A stretch of DNA of 62,723 bases, the filler included, from Actinomycetota bacterium (GTDB lineage Bacteria; Actinomycetota; Acidimicrobiia; IMCC26256; VFJJ01): NCBI GenBank assembly GCA_009886115.1. It is 3 parts of 3 records of this genome, joined end to end, with 100 filler letters (N's around TTAATTAATTAA, not from the genome) between each part and the next. Parts side by side here need not be neighbours in the genome. Positions count along the whole stretch, not along the records: positions 45,888 to 62,723 come from VFJJ01000071.1; 2 more parts are not named here. One strand, 5' to 3'. The notes beneath the pieces were generated by a model. It saw nothing but the letters and a program-made list of their open reading frames with translations, ran no database searches and was not told where the DNA came from. Every line of letters starts with the position of its first letter. Positions within the stretch are counted from its first letter, which is position 1. Both the position numbers and the translations under genes were made by a program. Positions 60,858 to 62,723 of the stretch are shown here, one piece after another.

Positions 60858-61481
60858 ATGGATGTGGCTCAGGCCGCTCGGGCCCAGATGGACGACATCG
60901 CGTCGACACTCGATGCGCTCACGCCCGAGCAGTGGGAGGCCGACACCCTGTGCCGGGGCTGGAAGGTCAAGGACATCGCGGGACATCTCAACGGCGCGTA
61001 CAAGCGGAGCACGACCATCCCCCGGACGCTCCCGAAGGTCGTCGCCAGCGGCTTCAGCTTCAACCGGTTCCTGCGCAAGGACGCCATCTCGACGGCGCGC
61101 CGCCTCGACCGCGCCGGGCTGATCGACCACATGCGTGGTGCCGACATGTCGCTCGGGATCGGCAAGTTCGTGAAGGCGCCCGATCGCCTCACCGACCATC
61201 TCACGCACTACCTCGACATCGTCGTCCCCCTGGGAATCACTCCGGTCATCCCCTCCGATCGCCTGCGGGTCGTGCTCGACAATTCCGTGCAGCGCAAGGG
61301 CAAGCCTGTGAAGAAGTCAGCGGGCCTGTCGTTCGCCGCCACCGACATCGACTGGAAGTGGGGCTCGGGTCCCGAGGTGCGCGGGCCGGCCTCGTCGCTG
61401 ATCCTGGCGCTCCAGGCCCGCCCCCGCGGCCTCGACGATCTCACCGGCGACGGCGTCGCAACCCTGAAGTCCCGCCTGTAG
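60858..61481 (+). CDS. Maleylpyruvate isomerase family (mycothiol-dependent) protein
   Basis: TLCRGWKVKDIAGHL, H.LDI..PLG, ATDIDW..GSG.EVRG. Confidence 0.85.
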   Translation: MDVAQAARAQMDDIASTLDALTPEQWEADTLCRGWKVKDIAGHLNGAYKRSTTIPRTLPKVVASGFSFNRFLRKDAISTARRLDRAGLIDHMRGADMSLGIGKFVKAPDRLTDHLTHYLDIVVPLGITPVIPSDRLRVVLDNSVQRKGKPVKKSAGLSFAATDIDWKWGSGPEVRGPASSLILALQARPRGLDDLTGDGVATLKSRL

Positions 61482-61490
61482 GCCTAGGCG

Positions 61491-61560
61491 CATCCCCAAC
61501 CATCTCCAACCATCTCCAACCATCTCCAACCATCTCCAACCATCTCCAACCATCTCCAAC
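61491..61560. repeat. 10-bp tandem repeat (CATCTCCAAC)x7 merging into hairpin copy 3
   Basis: Six perfect units plus one variant (CATCCCCAAC). Confidence 0.95.
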
Positions 61561-61605
61561 TGTCAGCGTGGCGGGCCGTATCCGGCCCCTCACGCTGACA
61601 GTTGG
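61556..61605. repeat. 50-bp palindromic REP-like element, copy 3 (contains the DUF559 gene stop codon)
   Basis: CCAACTGTCAGCGTGGCGGGCCG-TATC-CGGCCCCTCACGCTGACAGTTGG. Confidence 0.92.
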
Positions 61606-62564
61606 CCGGGGCGGGTTGCCGTGCCTCGCTCCTGCCGCTCTCGCGCTCGGCGGATGAGCCCGGCGACGCTGTCGGGATCGGTCGTGATGTCGTCATACGA
61701 GATCTCGATCACGATCCACCCCCGGGCGACGAGCTCAGAGCGCTTGCGCTTGTCGATCGCCCACATCCGGCGACCGGCGTGGAAGCGGTAGCCATCGACC
61801 TCGATGGCAATCTTCATCTCGGGGTAGGCGAAGTCGGGGCGGGCCACGTGCTTGCCCCCATCGTGCACCCGGTGCTGGCTGACCATCGGCGCCAGCCCGG
61901 CGTTGATCGTGAGCCGGCGCATGAGTGTCTCGAGGGCGCTGGCCGAGGTGGCGCCGATGCCCTTGCGTTCCTCGAGCAGCACTCGGAGACGACGTGCGCC
62001 CTTGCGGCCCCGCTTGGCAACGGCGTTGCTCCGCCAGAGCACGGTGAGCCGTGACACCCGCCCTGCGCGTAGCGCCGAGTCGAGCGCTATCTCGAGCGCC
62101 ACAGGACCGAGCACACCAGCCAGGTCGACCACCGTGCGGGCCAAGCTGGTCACCGCCAGACCGTCGATGGCGTCCCGGTCGGGCATGTCGAGCGTCCGGA
62201 CGTTGCGCACCTTCAGGCCCGGCTGCGACCGAAGCCCGAGGGCCCTGGGAACCGAGATCTCGACATCGTCTGTGACGGCGGGCTCTCGATCGAGACCGTC
62301 GAGGCTCCAGAGAAACGCGGCCGTCCGTCCCGAGAGCACGCTTTCGGGCCCCGCCCACAGCAGCGCGGCCCAGCATCGTTGGGCAAACGATGGTGGAGCC
62401 CCGACAGGCGCGTAGACCCCGACGTGGAGAGAACGCCAGACCCCTGCACGGAGCCGACGCTTCAAGGTGGTCGCCGGCAGCTCGGTGGCAATCACTTGCG
62501 CGAGGGAGAAGGCACCGTGCTGGCGGTCGGCGTGCTGGAGGAGCAGAGCTTCGGGATCGACCAT
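61590..62564 (-). CDS. AbiEi-like N-terminus + DUF559/Vsr-like PD-(D/E)xK endonuclease
   Basis: ADRQHGAFS, HVGVY, VLSGRTAA, VTSLARTVVDLA, SALET, RPDFAYP..KIAIEVDG..FH, D..K...L...GW.VI. Confidence 0.88.
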   Translation of the reverse strand: MVDPEALLLQHADRQHGAFSLAQVIATELPATTLKRRLRAGVWRSLHVGVYAPVGAPPSFAQRCWAALLWAGPESVLSGRTAAFLWSLDGLDREPAVTDDVEISVPRALGLRSQPGLKVRNVRTLDMPDRDAIDGLAVTSLARTVVDLAGVLGPVALEIALDSALRAGRVSRLTVLWRSNAVAKRGRKGARRLRVLLEERKGIGATSASALETLMRRLTINAGLAPMVSQHRVHDGGKHVARPDFAYPEMKIAIEVDGYRFHAGRRMWAIDKRKRSELVARGWIVIEISYDDITTDPDSVAGLIRRARERQERGTATRPGQLSA

Positions 62565-62608
62565 GCCCACCACGATGCCAGTGGGGTGTGACAGGAACTC
62601 CCCATGCC

Positions 62609-62658
62609 TCAACTGTCAGCGTGGCGGGCCGTATCCGGCCCGCCACGCTGACAGTTGG
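62609..62658. repeat. 50-bp palindromic REP-like element, copy 4 (perfect 22-bp stem)
   Basis: CAACTGTCAGCGTGGCGGGCCG-TATC-CGGCCCGCCACGCTGACAGTTG. Confidence 0.92.
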
Positions 62659-62712
<54 letters not shown>

Positions 62713-62723
62713 CGGCGGTCGTC

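Noticed and set aside
61491..61560. CRISPR array (also considered for 45682-45787 and 8715-8762)
   Set aside because: Head-to-tail repeats with no unique spacers and no cas genes.

Overview
High-GC actinobacterial DNA. Gene content (F420-dependent LLM enzymes, DUF6777, GYWLVASDGGVF surface repeats) suggests Acidimicrobiia, which is an inference. The window holds three contigs joined by artificial N/TTAATTAATTAA linkers at 19767-19865 and 45788-45887, so adjacency across them is not evidence. Contig 1 starts with the decayed right end of an integrative island: AbiEi antitoxin, AbiEii pseudogene, integrase remnants, HEPN/MNT pair and a 3' tRNA-Arg(ACG) att fragment. It continues with a LexA-box DUF222/HNH gene, surface proteins, a probable selenoprotein (WASW-U-GC with a SECIS-like hairpin) that the ORF track splits in two, and a thioester-less alpha-2-macroglobulin. 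Contigs 2 and 3 are mostly catabolic, redox and transport genes. The most striking structure is a family of 50-bp hairpins, four copies in all. Two directly bracket an AbiEi-N/DUF559 endonuclease gene and are each extended by a CAAC-containing tandem array; two solo copies lie elsewhere. This resembles a REP/RAYT-like selfish system built on a DUF559 nuclease rather than an HUH transposase. Products are motif-based calls without database searches.
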